This document shows, in pieces, positions 63,559 to 64,000 of a stretch of 64,000 nucleotides of DNA (positions are counted from its first letter, which is position 1; each line of letters begins with the position of its first letter). The notes under the pieces are model-generated. The model did not search any database. It saw nothing but the letters and a program-made list of their open reading frames with translations, and was not told the origin of the DNA. This stretch comes from Capsulimonadaceae bacterium. Lineage in GTDB: Bacteria; Armatimonadota; Armatimonadia; Armatimonadales; Capsulimonadaceae. The stretch is from contig OZ244065.1 of NCBI GenBank assembly GCA_965215505.1, positions 3,552,001 through 3,616,000 on the forward strand, given 5' to 3'. A program made the position numbers and the translations under genes.

Positions 63559-64000
63559 ACCCCCCCAGCGCCTGCGCTTCGAGCCGGCGGCCGATCTCGC
63601 CCAGGGCCTGGAGCTGCGGCAGGGTTAGGGGTTTGGGCGACCTGACCCCCGGATGCGCGGGCGCTGTCTCGCGCAGGAACGAGGCCAGGGCGTCGCGCAG
63701 GGCGGCCTGCTCGGGCGTCGGCGCGTCCGGGAGGCGCAGCGCGAGCCAGTCGCGCAGGCCGCGCAGGTCCGTCGCGACCTGCTGGGCGGGCGGCAGCAGG
63801 CTCGGCATCCCGTGGGCGGCGGCCGTCTGGGCCAGCGCGACGATCTCGCCCTCGCCGTACCAGACGGCCGCCGACCGGGCGAGCGAGGGGGTGTCCAGCC
63901 ACGCCCGCAGGGCGGGGTCTTCGGGCAGCGACGAGAGCGCCTCGAACTCGTTCAGCGACGACAGCGCGCGGGCCGCCTCCCGGTTGAACAGCAGCAGCGG
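63557..64000 (-). CDS. 3' end of a hypothetical protein (partial)
   Basis: Frame is open from the window edge to the stop at 63557. Confidence 0.6.
   Translation of the reverse strand, partial: PLLLFNREAARALSSLNEFEALSSLPEDPALRAWLDTPSLARSAAVWYGEGEIVALAQTAAAHGMPSLLPPAQQVATDLRGLRDWLALRLPDAPTPEQAALRDALASFLRETAPAHPGVRSPKPLTLPQLQALGEIGRRLEAQALGG

Overview
A 64-kb, very GC-rich bacterial chromosome segment. Gene content and style suggest a soil lineage such as Armatimonadota, but this is inference only. It holds about 55 protein genes: glycoside hydrolases (GH36, GH44, GH26-like), two ADP-ribosylglycohydrolase-family genes, metK behind a SAM-I riboswitch, lpdA, a Tat-type SOD, two type II toxin-antitoxin pairs, an AAA ATPase/DUF4276-like pair, PadR with three HAAS-like membrane paralogs, and a SARP-adjacent oxidoreductase cluster with decayed genes. 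Non-coding highlights are a tRNA-Leu(UAA) split by a 253-nt group I intron at position 33/34, five copies of a ~140-150-bp palindromic element, many GTAG-type REP and TGAA-loop hairpins, and frequent 11-22-bp tandem duplications. The best candidate for an undescribed system is the minus-strand operon at 19.7-24.7 kb. It encodes a divergent Lgt-like enzyme, two zinc-ribbon membrane proteins with a Cys after the last hydrophobic helix, a radical SAM enzyme resembling the archaeal tetraether synthase (Tes/GDGT-MAS, MJ0619) family, a GNAT and a small membrane protein. A SLATT-like gene and a strong antisense promoter interrupt it. No CRISPR array, transposase, integrase or intact prophage was found. 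All family calls come from motif recognition by eye, not database searches.
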